A stretch of 64,000 nt of DNA from Roseibacillus sp. GTDB taxonomy: Bacteria; Verrucomicrobiota; Verrucomicrobiia; Verrucomicrobiales; Akkermansiaceae. Location of the stretch: the NCBI GenBank assembly GCA_965242925.1, contig CBDEUM010000014.1, positions 64,001-128,000 on the forward strand. Reading direction: 5' to 3'. Shown piece after piece: positions 63,203 through 64,000 of this stretch. The notes beneath the pieces were generated by a model. The model made no database searches. It was not told the DNA's origin and was given only the letters and a program-made list of their open reading frames with translations. The translations under genes and the position numbers were made by a program. Every line of letters begins with the position of its first letter. The stretch's first letter is position 1.

Positions 63203-64000
63203 TTGCCGGAAAACCCCTCCCGCTCCGCCTCCAGCAGACGCTGGTAGGCCTGCACCACATCCTCATCGGCTATCTTCTCAAGGTTGACGGCATAGGCCAC
63301 GTTCTCAAAAATACGCACGAAACGCCGCCAGTTGGCATACTCACGCGAGAGCTCAAGTTCGCGGTCGTTCAGCTTCCCCCGCTCCTGTTTGAGCCGGTTC
63401 CATTCCGAGTACCTGGGATGCTCTTCCACCGCCACCACGAACTCAGCCTGCAGCTTCTCCTCACTGAGCAGGCGCACCGCACCCGAACTATGCCTGTTCT
63501 CGAGATCAGGCCAGCGGTAGAGTATCGTCCGCCCGATGACCGTCCGGACGCCATCCAGCTTCTTCTTCTGCTCCTTCTTCTCCCCCTCCACTTTCTGGAT
63601 TTCCTTGCCGAGCTTGGAAGCCTTTTCATGCGCGAATGTTCCGCGCTTCTTCCCTTCCAGCTCGAGGCGGGCGGAAAGTCCCTCCAGCACCGCCTTGTCC
63701 ACCGGGCCGGCCCGCTCCAGAATCTCGGCATAGGGAGTCTCCCGTCCAAGAAGTTCGCGATCCTCCTTCTTCTCCGAACGCAGGCGGCTGTGAACCCGCA
63801 GGAAAGCACCACTGGTCCTGACCGGGATATCGATGTTGCGCGAGGTCAGAATGGCGTAGGCATGCGCCTCTTCAAAGGACACCCTCCCGTCCCCGTCGTA
63901 ATCGCAATCGGTGATCTCCTTTTCCATGCGCGTCCTGCCACGCAACGCCGCCCAGAAGTGGCTGCTGAACTCATCGTAGTTCTCCTCGTTGACATCCGGA
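63199..64000 (-). CDS. Hypothetical protein, 5' end outside the window, with an EF-hand-like loop and coiled coil
   Basis: Frame open to the window edge (PDVNEENYDEFSSHFWAALRG...); DYDGDGRVSFEE; convergent 4 bp overlap with senA. Confidence 0.7.
   Translation of the reverse strand, partial: PDVNEENYDEFSSHFWAALRGRTRMEKEITDCDYDGDGRVSFEEAHAYAILTSRNIDIPVRTSGAFLRVHSRLRSEKKEDRELLGRETPYAEILERAGPVDKAVLEGLSARLELEGKKRGTFAHEKASKLGKEIQKVEGEKKEQKKKLDGVRTVIGRTILYRWPDLENRHSSGAVRLLSEEKLQAEFVVAVEEHPRYSEWNRLKQERGKLNDRELELSREYANWRRFVRIFENVAYAVNLEKIADEDVVQAYQRLLEAEREGFSGN

Overview
GC-rich bacterial chromosomal window. PSD1/PSCyt-DUF1501 pairs, DUF1552/DUF1592, a PEP-CTERM protein and a PVC-type haem protein suggest a PVC-superphylum host, probably Verrucomicrobiota (inference). 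From left to right: (1) four single-pass membrane paralogues, one a chimera made by a ~1.33 kb tandem duplication, downstream of a UvrD/Rep helicase; (2) a porin / FMN-binding / PepSY-TM / ApbE flavinylation operon with a Fur-box-like site; (3) esterases and an alpha-2-macroglobulin-pbpC operon; (4) a ~23 kb accessory-looking region of secreted PVC-type proteins with a sialidase-like enzyme, gene relics and a 55 bp intergenic repeat, ending in an AT-rich 4.5 kb islet bounded by 45 bp direct repeats at tRNA-Ser(GGA); (5) an orphan TpsB transporter divergent from a propeller-subtilase and a membrane-anchored TPR-CHAT (caspase-like) protease; (6) xylonate catabolism genes, tRNA-Ala(CGC) and a senB-senA-like pair with an atypical substrate motif. 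The best candidates for an undescribed system are the TpsB/subtilase/CHAT module and the senA variant. All calls come from motif recognition by eye; no searches were run. No CRISPR array, rRNA, integrase or transposase was seen.
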